Under the pieces are notes generated by a model. The model was not told where the DNA came from. It did no database searches and saw only the letters and a program-made list of their open reading frames with translations. From positions 120,954 through 184,953 of the IMG/VR virus record IMGVR_UViG_3300032893_000001: DNA of 64,000 nt; one strand, written 5' to 3'. The stretch comes from a virus. A program made the translations under genes and the position numbers. Within the stretch, counting starts at the first letter, position 1. Every line of letters begins with the position of its first letter. Below, in pieces: positions 53,595 to 62,369 of this stretch.

Positions 53595-53986
53595 CACCCA
53601 CCCGGAAAGTACAAAGCGAGGGGCGTCCAACCGACCACCGCGGCAGGATCGGGAGTGACCAAGACGTTGGTCGGCTTCTTCGCGCTCGCCGCGAGAACTG
53701 CGTTCACGTCAGAGAGGGAGATCGGACGGTTGATTTGCTGAATGAGCTGACGAAGCTCGGGAGGCCAGACTTCAGGGAACTTGGCCGTGGGGGGCAATGC
53801 TTGCTCGAGCTCCTGCCACTGCACCCAGAGCAAGTAGCGCGTCACCCCGTTGGTCTTCTCGATCTCGACCAAGAACTGCTCGAGCTGTCGTCGCTGGTCG
53901 TCGGATGTCGTGCCTGCGCGCGCGAGAGCGACCAGCGCCTGGTACTGCTCGATGGTCAACGTGAAGTTCGAGGGGACGTCCGCCAT
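53594..53986 (-). CDS. hypothetical protein
   Basis: 130 aa, AGGAG RBS. Confidence 0.7.
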   Translation of the reverse strand: MADVPSNFTLTIEQYQALVALARAGTTSDDQRRQLEQFLVEIEKTNGVTRYLLWVQWQELEQALPPTAKFPEVWPPELRQLIQQINRPISLSDVNAVLAASAKKPTNVLVTPDPAAVVGWTPLALYFPGG

Positions 53987-53995
53987 GTTCTTCTC

Positions 53996-54295
53996 CTAGG
54001 CCCCGCGCTGCGAAAGAACGCTGTAGATGATCTGTCGAGAGAGGCCGCACATTCGTCGATGTCCCATCCACGTGCTGGGCGGGCGCAGCGTCGAAGTATG
54101 TCCCAGCAGCTCCTCGTTGGTAAAGAGGTGTCGCCACTCGCCCCCGCCCTTGTAGCTCCAGCTCACCACGACTTGAATGCCCTCGTCGACAAGGGACACG
54201 GTCACGTTGTCGGAGTAGGTCGACCGGCGAATGGTCGGTATCCATCCCTCGAGGGAGGAAAGCAGCGGCCTCAATTCTCTTGCGACCGGATTCAT
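53996..54295 (-). CDS. hypothetical protein
   Basis: 99 aa; TAGAAT 9 nt upstream. Confidence 0.6.
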   Translation of the reverse strand: MNPVARELRPLLSSLEGWIPTIRRSTYSDNVTVSLVDEGIQVVVSWSYKGGGEWRHLFTNEELLGHTSTLRPPSTWMGHRRMCGLSRQIIYSVLSQRGA

Positions 54296-54315
54296 CTTCA
54301 GGACATTCTACACCG

Positions 54316-54759
54316 ATGCGTAGAACTATCGACCTCAGCGATCAGGCCATCAACGAAGAGCTTCTTCGTGTATGCGACCTTCTCGTCGATCAGTTGCGGC
54401 GCACAACGCACACGGGCGTCGAGCTCGCTTTCGCCATGACGTGGGTCGGCAGCGAAGTCACCGACGACCGCGGGGTTCCGATCAACGACCGCGTCTTCCT
54501 GCAACTTCCGAATAACCGAGAAGCGTGGGACGACCTGCTCTCGCAGCTCGTATCGAAGACGCAGGCGTTCGCACTTCTGCTGATCGACCGCCACGTCGAG
54601 GGCCTCAAGGTGCTGTACGAATCCCCGATGGGCACCCGAACCTGGAGGCTAAAAAAAGAGAGGCACGGCGACCTGGAAGTGCTGAGCAGACCCGTCGTCA
54701 CCGACAACGTCGAGACAACGGGCCTGCTCTGGAGCACTAGCGATCGACCGGCTTCATGA
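54316..54759 (+). CDS. hypothetical protein
   Basis: MRRTIDLS..., divergent from 54295 gene. Confidence 0.65.
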   Translation: MRRTIDLSDQAINEELLRVCDLLVDQLRRTTHTGVELAFAMTWVGSEVTDDRGVPINDRVFLQLPNNREAWDDLLSQLVSKTQAFALLLIDRHVEGLKVLYESPMGTRTWRLKKERHGDLEVLSRPVVTDNVETTGLLWSTSDRPAS

Positions 54760-55531
54760 AGGGCGGACGTGCCCGCGCGAAGGAAGCGCGCTCACGCTCC
54801 GACACCTCCTCCGCCGGAGTGACCATCTGGAAGGCAGAAGGGATGTTCGTTGCGGGAGCTGACGCTGCCTCTGGAGAGGTCTGTTCGACCGGCTCCTCGG
54901 AGACGACGAGTGCCTGAACGATGACGCCGTTGTTGACCGGCGTACGCGTCGACGGAAGGTGCTTGAGCATGACGCCCATTCCGCGCTGGGCTTCTTGCGT
55001 CACCAGCGCAGCCACTTGACTGAGGCTGTTGATGACGCCCTGCACCTCACTCGTATCGACGTTCTCATCGACATTCTTCGCTTTGTCGAAGCACTCGATC
55101 ACGTTCTTGTGCAAGGAGACGACCGAGTGCAAGTACTCGACCGTCGCCTTCCCGTCAGGACCAAAGAGCTCCTCGGCGTACGCCGTGCGGAGCTCTGTGT
55201 CCACCTCTTCTGCAAGCGAGGACACCGCCCAAGAGGAAGGCGGCGAAGTGGGGTCACCCGCCGCGCCGCTCTTCTTCTTCGACTTCTTACCCTTCTTCCC
55301 ACCCGACGCAGCAACCTGAGAGTGCTCCACACCGGGCCAGAATGCCTCGGGCAGCGCCTCAGACCCCTTGCGGAAGTACCTGGCAACGAACATGTATGCT
55401 CGGTCCTGCGTTTCCTTGTTCCAGCGAGTACCCGCGCGTCCGAGTGCCTTTCTTGCGTTGGCCTCGGTGTTGTACTTCCCAGCGGACAGGCGCTCGAGGA
55501 ACTTCTGAGGGGTAACAGGGCTGGTCGGCAT
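54737..55531 (-). CDS. hypothetical protein; N-terminal domain paralogous to upstream small protein
   Basis: VTPQKFLERLSAGKYNTEANARKALGR. Confidence 0.7.
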   Translation of the reverse strand: MPTSPVTPQKFLERLSAGKYNTEANARKALGRAGTRWNKETQDRAYMFVARYFRKGSEALPEAFWPGVEHSQVAASGGKKGKKSKKKSGAAGDPTSPPSSWAVSSLAEEVDTELRTAYAEELFGPDGKATVEYLHSVVSLHKNVIECFDKAKNVDENVDTSEVQGVINSLSQVAALVTQEAQRGMGVMLKHLPSTRTPVNNGVIVQALVVSEEPVEQTSPEAASAPATNIPSAFQMVTPAEEVSERERASFARARPPFMKPVDR

Positions 55532-55535
55532 GGGA

Positions 55536-55724
55536 TCAGCCCTTCTTGCCGGGCTTCTTGCTCGCGCCGAAGTGACGCTCGGCCGCCTTGACCGCCGCCG
55601 CCTTGTCCGCCGCGCTCATCTTCTGGACGCGACCGAGCGCGCGCTTGGCGCCGGTGAGGCTGACGTACGCGCCGCTCTTCAGCTTCTTCTTGTACACGTC
55701 CAGGGTGACCATCTCGTAGCTCAT
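55536..55724 (-). CDS. small basic (K/A-rich) protein
   Basis: VTLDVYKKKLKSGAYVSLTGAKRALGR. Confidence 0.7.
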   Translation of the reverse strand: MSYEMVTLDVYKKKLKSGAYVSLTGAKRALGRVQKMSAADKAAAVKAAERHFGASKKPGKKG

Positions 55725-55734
55725 GTTCTTTCCT

Positions 55735-56076
55735 TCACTTTCTGCGATAGCCGTCGTCGTTGCGACGACGTCCTCGGTCCCCACGATCACCACGATCGTG
55801 AGGCCGTGACTCGTTGCGCGGCGGAGGAGGAAGCTTTCGAACCTCCTCTTCAGCCATCTCCGCACCCGCGCGAATGGCGGAGACCAGCTCTTCGATCTTT
55901 CTCGTAGGGATGCCGAAGAAGCGCTCCCCGATGTGGAGCTGAAGATCGATGAACTCCCGCTTGGAACCGTCCTCGAAGGTTGTCGTACGGTGCACGACTT
56001 CGACGGTGCCCGCCCAACGTCGATCTCCTTCCGCGAACGGTAGCGACTTGAGGACAATCCTTTCGTGAGAGTTCAT
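55735..56076 (-). CDS. hypothetical protein (possible PC4/PUR-like nucleic-acid-binding fold)
   Basis: beta strands + FIDLQL...IPTRKIEELVSAI helix, RGDR tail; AGGAG RBS. Confidence 0.55.
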   Translation of the reverse strand: MNSHERIVLKSLPFAEGDRRWAGTVEVVHRTTTFEDGSKREFIDLQLHIGERFFGIPTRKIEELVSAIRAGAEMAEEEVRKLPPPPRNESRPHDRGDRGDRGRRRNDDGYRRK

Positions 56077-56242
56077 GGACGCGAAAACTCCTATCTGCTG
56101 ACAGCAGCCATTGCCGCGGCCTGACATGCCGCGGTCTTCTTCTTGTCCCCGGTTCAGGCGCTCTTCCGGATGTAAAGCATCTTCTCGTTCTTGTCTACCG
56201 TCTTGATGCTCTTCTTTTGAAGAAGGTCGCACCCTGACGCCG

Positions 56243-56971
56243 TTACGTCTGTTCGAGCTCCTGGATGTCCGCGAGGTACTCCTGAGCGACCACCGCGCTG
56301 AAGTCGGTGATGAGCTTACGCTTGTCGTCCGGAATCACGGGGAGCGCGTTGTAGTCGACGTTGAGGTGTCCGAACTCCTTGAAGAGCGCGACCTCGTTGT
56401 CGATGTACCCTTGCAAAGGGGCGGTGAAGTACCCCTGCGCCTTGAGGGCCTTGACGAAGTTGACGGGATCGCCGGAGAGCACCGCGCTCCAGCATTGATT
56501 GAATCGCTTGCGCAGCATCCCGAGATAGTCCGTCATACCCAGTACGAGGCTCGACCATTCGTCGATGGTGCCATCGGCGTTGAGCACCTGGAACGCGCGG
56601 AAGCGGCAAGCAGGGTGCTCCGGGTAGAACCAGACAGTCGACGTGCCATCCGAGTGCGTCTCGGTGATGCGCGCTTCGGCGCCGGGCTTGGACGCTGCGA
56701 CGTACGCAGCGGCCACCGCGTTCGAGAAGACTTCCCAGCACGCGAAGTAGCAGTAGTCCCTTCCGTCGCCGTCGGTGCTCTTGGAGTTGCCGAAGTTGTA
56801 CGTGTGGATGTACCGCCATCGTCCTGTCTCGAGGGCGGACTGCGCCATCAGCACGAGGAGCTGCTCTTTCGTGGCAGGAAGCGTGAAGAGGTTGACCCAG
56901 CTCTGCGCCAGTCCTTGAAGAAACTGAAGGGGCGTCACCGGGGTCAGTCGATCGGAAACCTTGATGCTCAT
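56243..56971 (-). CDS. endolysin, glucosaminidase (GH73/FlgJ-like)
   Basis: AQSALETG, NFGN.K, FRAF, GYFTA...Y motifs. Confidence 0.8.
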   Translation of the reverse strand: MSIKVSDRLTPVTPLQFLQGLAQSWVNLFTLPATKEQLLVLMAQSALETGRWRYIHTYNFGNSKSTDGDGRDYCYFACWEVFSNAVAAAYVAASKPGAEARITETHSDGTSTVWFYPEHPACRFRAFQVLNADGTIDEWSSLVLGMTDYLGMLRKRFNQCWSAVLSGDPVNFVKALKAQGYFTAPLQGYIDNEVALFKEFGHLNVDYNALPVIPDDKRKLITDFSAVVAQEYLADIQELEQT

Positions 56972-56973
56972 GG

Positions 56974-57192
56974 CTACTTCTCCGAGAAGAGGTGAACGCA
57001 CTGGACCACGACCAGCGCGATGATTTGAAAGACGAGCAGAACGAGCAGCACGTGGCGCGTGCTCGAGCTCTCTGGCGCTACGAAGATCGCAGGAACGGTA
57101 CCGCCGATTCCGATACCGAATCCGTAGAAAGTGCCCAGGAAAAGTCCTCGGGCAGTTCCATCGCGGTGCGCGTGTCGAGCGTCATGGCGCAT
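56974..57192 (-). CDS. two-TM membrane protein, holin candidate
   Basis: two hydrophobic segments, immediately upstream of endolysin, GGGAGG RBS. Confidence 0.5.
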   Translation of the reverse strand: MRHDARHAHRDGTARGLFLGTFYGFGIGIGGTVPAIFVAPESSSTRHVLLVLLVFQIIALVVVQCVHLFSEK

Positions 57193-57565
57193 GCAGAAGA
57201 GCCTCCCACTCAGACGGATCGGCTGGAGAGAAGAGGGTGCGCAGAGGGCCTGAGAGGTAAGAAGGAAGAGGCTTGGGAACCTTGAGCTCTCGCACGTTCC
57301 TCGCGTCGTACCAAAGCTCGTAGCGACCAGATGGAAAGCTCTCCTCCACGCGCAGGATGGGGGACGACCCAAGAATCCGGCCGTCCATGACCAACCAAAC
57401 GACGTCGTCTTGCGCGGGCATCAGGTCGAGGACGTCGAGTTCCTGCACGGGAAGCCAGACTTCTTCCTCCATCCGCCATCGGTAGAAGTAGAACCAGCTC
57501 TTCATGCCCCGATGGTTGATGGGATCGGGGTCGGACCCCCGGATGTTGTAGACCCAGTGCCGCAT
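57182..57565 (-). CDS. hypothetical protein
   Basis: MRHWVYNIRG..., GGAGG RBS. Confidence 0.65.
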   Translation of the reverse strand: MRHWVYNIRGSDPDPINHRGMKSWFYFYRWRMEEEVWLPVQELDVLDLMPAQDDVVWLVMDGRILGSSPILRVEESFPSGRYELWYDARNVRELKVPKPLPSYLSGPLRTLFSPADPSEWEALLHAP

Positions 57566-57628
57566 GTGCTCCTCCACTGTAGCAATATCTTCGCGTTTCT
57601 TGTGCCAGCAGTCGAGGCGAACTTGCGC

Positions 57629-57656
57629 GCAAGAACAAGGCACACCTGGAATAAGA
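57629..57656 (+). promoter_or_regulatory. promoter GCAA-N18-ATAAGA
   Basis: GCAA 57629-57632, ATAAGA 57651-57656, then AAGGAGG and ATG 57692. Confidence 0.65.
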
Positions 57657-57691
57657 GTCCCGGAGTGCTCTGCGCTCCACAAGGAGGCAAC

Positions 57692-58141
57692 ATGAACCAT
57701 CGACGCAAGAAGAAGAGGGGTACAGCAGCCTGGCTTTTTCTCATCCAGCCGGATCTTCTACCCGGCTCCTTCCGCATTCAGCCACTCCGGCCAGACCCGC
57801 GGTTGCTGCCGAACGTCATCCTCGAGGGAATCTGCAAGGCAGTGAACAGCGCCAAAGCGCTCGTCGAAAAGCAGCGGGAGGCGGGAGCGGAGATCGCTGG
57901 AGTCGGAGCTCTGGCCACGACCGTGGCGCATATGCTCGACGTCGTTCTCGGCGGGCTCGTTCCCGTAGAAGTGATCACGATGGAGGAGATGTTCGCGCGT
58001 GCCCAGCGCGGGGACTTCGGACTTCGCGTGCTGCAAGAAACAGAAGTTCAGAAGACCAACCACCGGCTCGCCAAGATTCAAAACGTGAGGAGGCTCCATG
58101 GCTGCGAAGAAACGAAAGCTTCGGCTGCTGCTGGACTGTGA
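57692..58141 (+). CDS. hypothetical protein
   Basis: MNHRRKKKRG..., AAGGAGG RBS. Confidence 0.7.
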   Translation: MNHRRKKKRGTAAWLFLIQPDLLPGSFRIQPLRPDPRLLPNVILEGICKAVNSAKALVEKQREAGAEIAGVGALATTVAHMLDVVLGGLVPVEVITMEEMFARAQRGDFGLRVLQETEVQKTNHRLAKIQNVRRLHGCEETKASAAAGL

Positions 58142-58677
58142 TGGCATCTTGGCCGACTTTGTCGGCGGCATTCTCAACGAGCTGCGAGAGAACGAGCTCG
58201 TCGACCTGCGCCCAGAAGACTTTCCGAACTGGGAGATCTTCAGGCAACTCGACGAGTACGGACCAGGCATCCGTGAGTTCGCGGGAGTGGTTGCGCGCAG
58301 ACCAGGGTTCTGCTTGAACCTGCCTGTCTATGCAGGAGCGAAAGAAGGAGTGCAGAAGCTCCTCGATGCAGGTGTCGAGCTATTCATCGTCACCTCACCG
58401 CTCATCGGCAGCGAGACGTGGGCGCACGAACGCGACCTCTGGCTCGCGAAGAACTTCGGCATTCCGTCCAGCCGAGTCGTCCACACGCAATCGAAGCACA
58501 TCGTCCAAGGCGACGTCTTCGTCGATGACAAGGCACACGCACGTCATCGACTGGCTCGACCACCACACGAGTGGTGCAGCCTTTCTCTGGGACACTCCGC
58601 ACAACAAGCGGGATGGAAAGGACCTGCGACGCATCTCGTCGTGGCCGGAGCTTCACGAGATCTTGCGAATCAAGTAG
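58098..58677 (+). pseudogene. 5'(3')-deoxyribonucleotidase (HAD/NT5C family), frameshifted near 58535
   Basis: LLDCDGILADF, IVTSP, WL..NF, GDVFVDDK in frame 1; VIDW...FLWDTPHN...RISSW continues in +1 frame. Confidence 0.8.
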
Positions 58678-58730
58678 AAGAAGAGAGCGGCGGCTGCACA
58701 ACGGCCGCCGCTCTCGCTATACTTCCTGCT

Positions 58731-59027
58731 ATGCACGAACGCGCGTTCTGGCTGAACTTCGACTCCGACACGCTCCAGCAGCTCAACAGGCTGGTCGCGG
58801 TTCTGCGCAAGAACGACCTTCGCAAAAGGCGACGTCCCATCTCGAGAGAGAAGGCGATCGTCGCCGTGGTCCGTCTCTTTTTTCTAGCCCACGCATCGTC
58901 TTTGGACGCTGCATTCCTCGAGGTGCTCAACGATGAGCAACAGCAACAACAGCGGAAGCATCGGGGCCTGGGACCCGCAGGGCGCCCTCCCCTCCCCTCA
59001 AGACGAGCTCCGAAAGGCGCTCCCTGA
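58731..59027 (+). CDS. hypothetical protein, possible RHH-like
   Basis: TATACT-N7-ATG; FWLNFDSDTLQQLNRL...ISREKAI. Confidence 0.55.
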   Translation: MHERAFWLNFDSDTLQQLNRLVAVLRKNDLRKRRRPISREKAIVAVVRLFFLAHASSLDAAFLEVLNDEQQQQQRKHRGLGPAGRPPLPSRRAPKGAP

Positions 59028-59430
59028 GCCCATCGCGTTTCCGAAGTTCCCGACGTTTCAGGAGCTCGCTCGGCAAGATGCGCTGATGCAGCTCGCACCT
59101 GCTCAGAAGATCTCTCGTGGCGTCTTCGAGGAGCTGCTTTCCGGACGTCCGGAACCCATTCTTCAAAGCGCTGCTGAGAGCCCCGATCGATACGATGAGC
59201 AGGCGCTCTCACTCCTACGTGCGCTCTACAACAACTCGGCGCGGTTCTCCGACTTCACGCCCGAAGAGAAAGACCTCATCAACCGCGCGACCATGGAGTT
59301 CTTCTCCGCAACGCCGGCGGCGAAGACTCCTCCTGCTACTCAACCTCGTGCGGTGCAACCACCGGCTGGCTCTGCGATCATCGCGGAGCCTGTCGAAGGT
59401 CCTGTCGTCGACTCTTTCTGGTGGACGTGA
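58933..59430 (+). CDS. hypothetical protein
   Basis: 165 aa, GAGG RBS, coupled to phosphatase. Confidence 0.7.
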   Translation: MSNSNNSGSIGAWDPQGALPSPQDELRKALPEPIAFPKFPTFQELARQDALMQLAPAQKISRGVFEELLSGRPEPILQSAAESPDRYDEQALSLLRALYNNSARFSDFTPEEKDLINRATMEFFSATPAAKTPPATQPRAVQPPAGSAIIAEPVEGPVVDSFWWT

Positions 59431-59903
59431 TGCACCTCAAAGAACACGCAAGCCCCATCACCGAAGCGATCTGGATGGGAGGGCACCCGCCGATCGGCCC
59501 CGGACTCTACAAGCACGGGATCGACTCTCTTGTGCTCGCCGCCAAAGAGTTCCAACCGGGAGCGCAGAGCTTCCCAGACATCGCCGTGCTGCACGCGCCG
59601 ATGGACGACGACTTCAAGGGCATGCCGCCGGGAGACAAAGAACGCGCGATCAATGCCGCGATGTGGACTGCGCGACAAGTGCGTCGCGGCAAGACCGTCC
59701 TCGTCACCTGCTGGCAGGGGCGCAATCGGTCAGGCGTCATCACTGCGCTCGCGCTGATGCTGCTCAAAAAGATGAGCCCGGACCAAGCTGTTCACCTGAT
59801 CCGGGCTGCTCGAGGGCCGCTCGCGATGAGCAACCCTCACTTCAAGCGGCTTCTGCTCACCACGTATGCGGCGATGCAGCACCCGCCCGAGAAGACGCGC
59901 TAG
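59430..59903 (+). CDS. dual-specificity protein phosphatase
   Basis: PMDD acid loop and VLVTCWQGRNRSG (CX5R) active site. Confidence 0.9.
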   Translation: MHLKEHASPITEAIWMGGHPPIGPGLYKHGIDSLVLAAKEFQPGAQSFPDIAVLHAPMDDDFKGMPPGDKERAINAAMWTARQVRRGKTVLVTCWQGRNRSGVITALALMLLKKMSPDQAVHLIRAARGPLAMSNPHFKRLLLTTYAAMQHPPEKTR

Positions 59904-60601
59904 ACCGTCGCGTCGAACTCGTAGTAGATCGCGTAGTTGTGCGTGCCGTTCGGTGCGTCGTGCGGCGTGTACGCGCCGTACGGAGCCGCCGACCCCGCAG
60001 CAATGAGAGCTCCTGCGGTGCCTGCCACCGCTCCGTCTTCGAACTCGTGGAGCAGGAAAAGGGCGGTCGTGCGCGCCTTCGGCGTCCGCGAGAGGCCGAT
60101 GTTGTTTCCGTAGAGACCGAACGCGAGCGTGCCGCTCGTGTCGAGCTGCGCCGGCAGAACGATCGCGAGCACCTGCGCGAAGTACTTCGCCGTGTGCTGC
60201 GTCGTGCCGCCATTGCCCGCGAGCGCGATCGTGTCGGTGATGTAGACGCCCTGGGCATCGTAGCCCTGGATCGTGGCCGAGCCCGCGTAGTGCGCGCCCG
60301 CACCGAGTGCGCAGGAGATCGGACGCGGTGCGAACTTCGCCGCGCCGACGCTTCCGTTGAGGTCGGTGCCCTTGTAGGTCACCGCGGATGCGACGGTCGC
60401 GATGCTCGTCTTGATGAGGTTGGTCGCTGCCGCCGGCGGTGCAGACCACTCCTCGACTGCAATCGCAGCCAACGGAGCGAGCTCCTTGGCGAGATCTGCA
60501 CGGAGCTTGCCGACTTCGCCGCCGACTCCGTCCAGACGATTCTTGACGATATGCGGCTTTCCCGCCGTGGGCTTCGTGAACAGTCCCGAACCGAGGCTCA
60601 T
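59900..60601 (-). CDS. putative virion structural protein
   Basis: 233 aa A/G/T-rich, in tube/sheath operon. Confidence 0.6.
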   Translation of the reverse strand: MSLGSGLFTKPTAGKPHIVKNRLDGVGGEVGKLRADLAKELAPLAAIAVEEWSAPPAAATNLIKTSIATVASAVTYKGTDLNGSVGAAKFAPRPISCALGAGAHYAGSATIQGYDAQGVYITDTIALAGNGGTTQHTAKYFAQVLAIVLPAQLDTSGTLAFGLYGNNIGLSRTPKARTTALFLLHEFEDGAVAGTAGALIAAGSAAPYGAYTPHDAPNGTHNYAIYYEFDATV

Positions 60602-60613
60602 GTCTTCTTCTCC

Positions 60614-61408
60614 TTATCGAATGAAAGGCGTCCCGAGTTGGGGCTGCCCATACTGGTTGATGCCGTGCGCGAGTTGCGGAGCGCCGTAGGTGGTCTCGCC
60701 CCAGTCCGCTGGACCCTGCTCGCGGGAGAGGTAGCCGAGCACCGGCTTCGAGGCCAGGTAGGCGGTGCCGCCAAGAAGACCCGCACCTACGAGACCACCA
60801 GCGAGAGCGCCACGACCAACAGTCTTAGCTCCAGCAACGGCCTTCTGAGCAACGGGCGCAGCAACGTCGCGTGCCTTCTGAAGACCACCAACGATCTTCT
60901 GTCCCATCGGAGACGCGGCCGCGGCTTGCGCTGCGCGCACGGGAGCCTGCAACGCGTGCCCAACCTGCTGAAAGGGCTTCGCCAGGTTGGGAGACTTCGA
61001 AAGAAGTCCCGCCATCCCGCTCATGATTCCTGCCTCTTTCTCCATCTGCGCCAGCTCCGCACCGAGAGCGGAGGCTACGCGGACCATACCCGCGTCCATC
61101 CCGATCGGCACTGGGTACGGCAGGTACCCGAGGTCCGCACCCGGCGGTGCGAACACTGGCGCTTGCGCATGCTGCGCATTACCGATCGTGGAGGCCATCT
61201 GCTGAAGCTGCAAAGCGCGGAAGGCATCGTTCATGGCGATCGCCTGCTGCCTCTGCTCGCTCATCTCACCACCGACGTGCTGCGCCATACGCATGGCGAG
61301 CATCGCGAAGAGCAAACGCTGCGCGAACGGCGAGATCCCGGCTTCCTTCTCTTGGAAGTCGACATCGGTGCCGTAGTGGCGCATCAGCTCTTCGTTCGGA
61401 CGGGTCAT
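60614..61408 (-). CDS. putative internal virion protein
   Basis: DFQEKEAG and ELAQMEKEAG motifs, Gly/Ala hydrophobic C-terminal segment. Confidence 0.6.
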   Translation of the reverse strand: MTRPNEELMRHYGTDVDFQEKEAGISPFAQRLLFAMLAMRMAQHVGGEMSEQRQQAIAMNDAFRALQLQQMASTIGNAQHAQAPVFAPPGADLGYLPYPVPIGMDAGMVRVASALGAELAQMEKEAGIMSGMAGLLSKSPNLAKPFQQVGHALQAPVRAAQAAAASPMGQKIVGGLQKARDVAAPVAQKAVAGAKTVGRGALAGGLVGAGLLGGTAYLASKPVLGYLSREQGPADWGETTYGAPQLAHGINQYGQPQLGTPFIR

Positions 61409-61653
61409 TTCTTTTCGGTAGCGGTCACTGCGTAGCTCGGGAAGGGATCGGGAACGAGTTCGGGGGAGAGATCGGGAGAGGGGGCAACCAACGCCGCGAG
61501 GCGCGCCGCACGTCTCTTCGCCTCTTCTTGCTCCCTCTTCATCTCGATGACCTCGGGGGAGAGCATCAACGAACCAGAGATGCGACGACGAGGCGGCCTC
61601 GAGGGAACCTCCGTCGCTGCGGGCGGCGCGCTGGACGTTTTGGGCTGAGTCAT
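61405..61653 (-). CDS. hypothetical protein
   Basis: 82 aa, coupled. Confidence 0.55.
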   Translation of the reverse strand: MTQPKTSSAPPAATEVPSRPPRRRISGSLMLSPEVIEMKREQEEAKRRAARLAALVAPSPDLSPELVPDPFPSYAVTATEKK

Positions 61654-61937
61654 GGTTTGCTTCTCCGGTTTTGAGTTCCCTCGATCACACCAAGCGACCT
61701 ACTGATGTCCCGCCATTGTCTGCTTTGGTCAGCGATGAAGTCCTTCAACTCCCTGTCGTGCTTGTTCAGATCTTCCTCGAGGTCGTCGCAGTCTCTGCGC
61801 AACTCGTGAATGTCATCCGTGGTCTTCTGCTTGAACGTGTGCCAGGCACCCGCGGTTCTCCAGAGGAATAGAGCGGCTGCCCCGATGCCGGTGACCGCGG
61901 AGATCGCCATGGTGATCAGAGCGGTGTTGACGTCCAC
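61650..61937 (-). CDS. single-TM coiled-coil protein (holin-like)
   Basis: N-terminal TM then coiled coil; GGAGG RBS. Confidence 0.6.
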   Translation of the reverse strand: MDVNTALITMAISAVTGIGAAALFLWRTAGAWHTFKQKTTDDIHELRRDCDDLEEDLNKHDRELKDFIADQSRQWRDISRSLGVIEGTQNRRSKP

Positions 61938-61973
61938 GAGAGAGCCTCCAGGAAAAGATGGGAGTGTCCATGA

Positions 61974-62357
61974 TCAGCCTAGCAGGAGTACACGGACCGT
62001 GACGGCCGTGGTGTACACGATGCTGAGCGACGTCAGCCCCGAGACGGGGTTGGCGGAGCCCAGCATCAGGAAACCACCCGGCGCCACTTCTTGCTGCCCT
62101 GGCGCGCCCCCGCCGTTCCACTGAAGGCTCACGGGAGCCGCCAGGGGGTCGGGGTCCACCTTGATGAGTGCCGCTTTGACTCCCGGCGCTCCGATGTTGC
62201 CGAAGGGGACGACCTTGGTGCCCGCCCCCGTCAGCTTCATCACCGACCAGTTGAACTGGTCGTACTGCGCGGAGAAGACAACGCCCACGAGCTCCGGCGG
62301 GACGCTGGCGTCCGGCGGAAAGCTGAGCGAGCCCTGGAAGGAGAACGGCGTCCCCAT
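61974..62357 (-). CDS. putative virion structural protein
   Basis: 127 aa beta-rich, follows tube gene. Confidence 0.65.
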   Translation of the reverse strand: MGTPFSFQGSLSFPPDASVPPELVGVVFSAQYDQFNWSVMKLTGAGTKVVPFGNIGAPGVKAALIKVDPDPLAAPVSLQWNGGGAPGQQEVAPGGFLMLGSANPVSGLTSLSIVYTTAVTVRVLLLG

Positions 62358-62369
62358 CTTGTTCTCCTA

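Noticed and set aside
58098-59027. 309-aa nucleotidase fusion as in the ORF track
   Set aside because: Middle part is out-of-frame sequence caused by the frameshift; the true C-terminus is in the +1 frame
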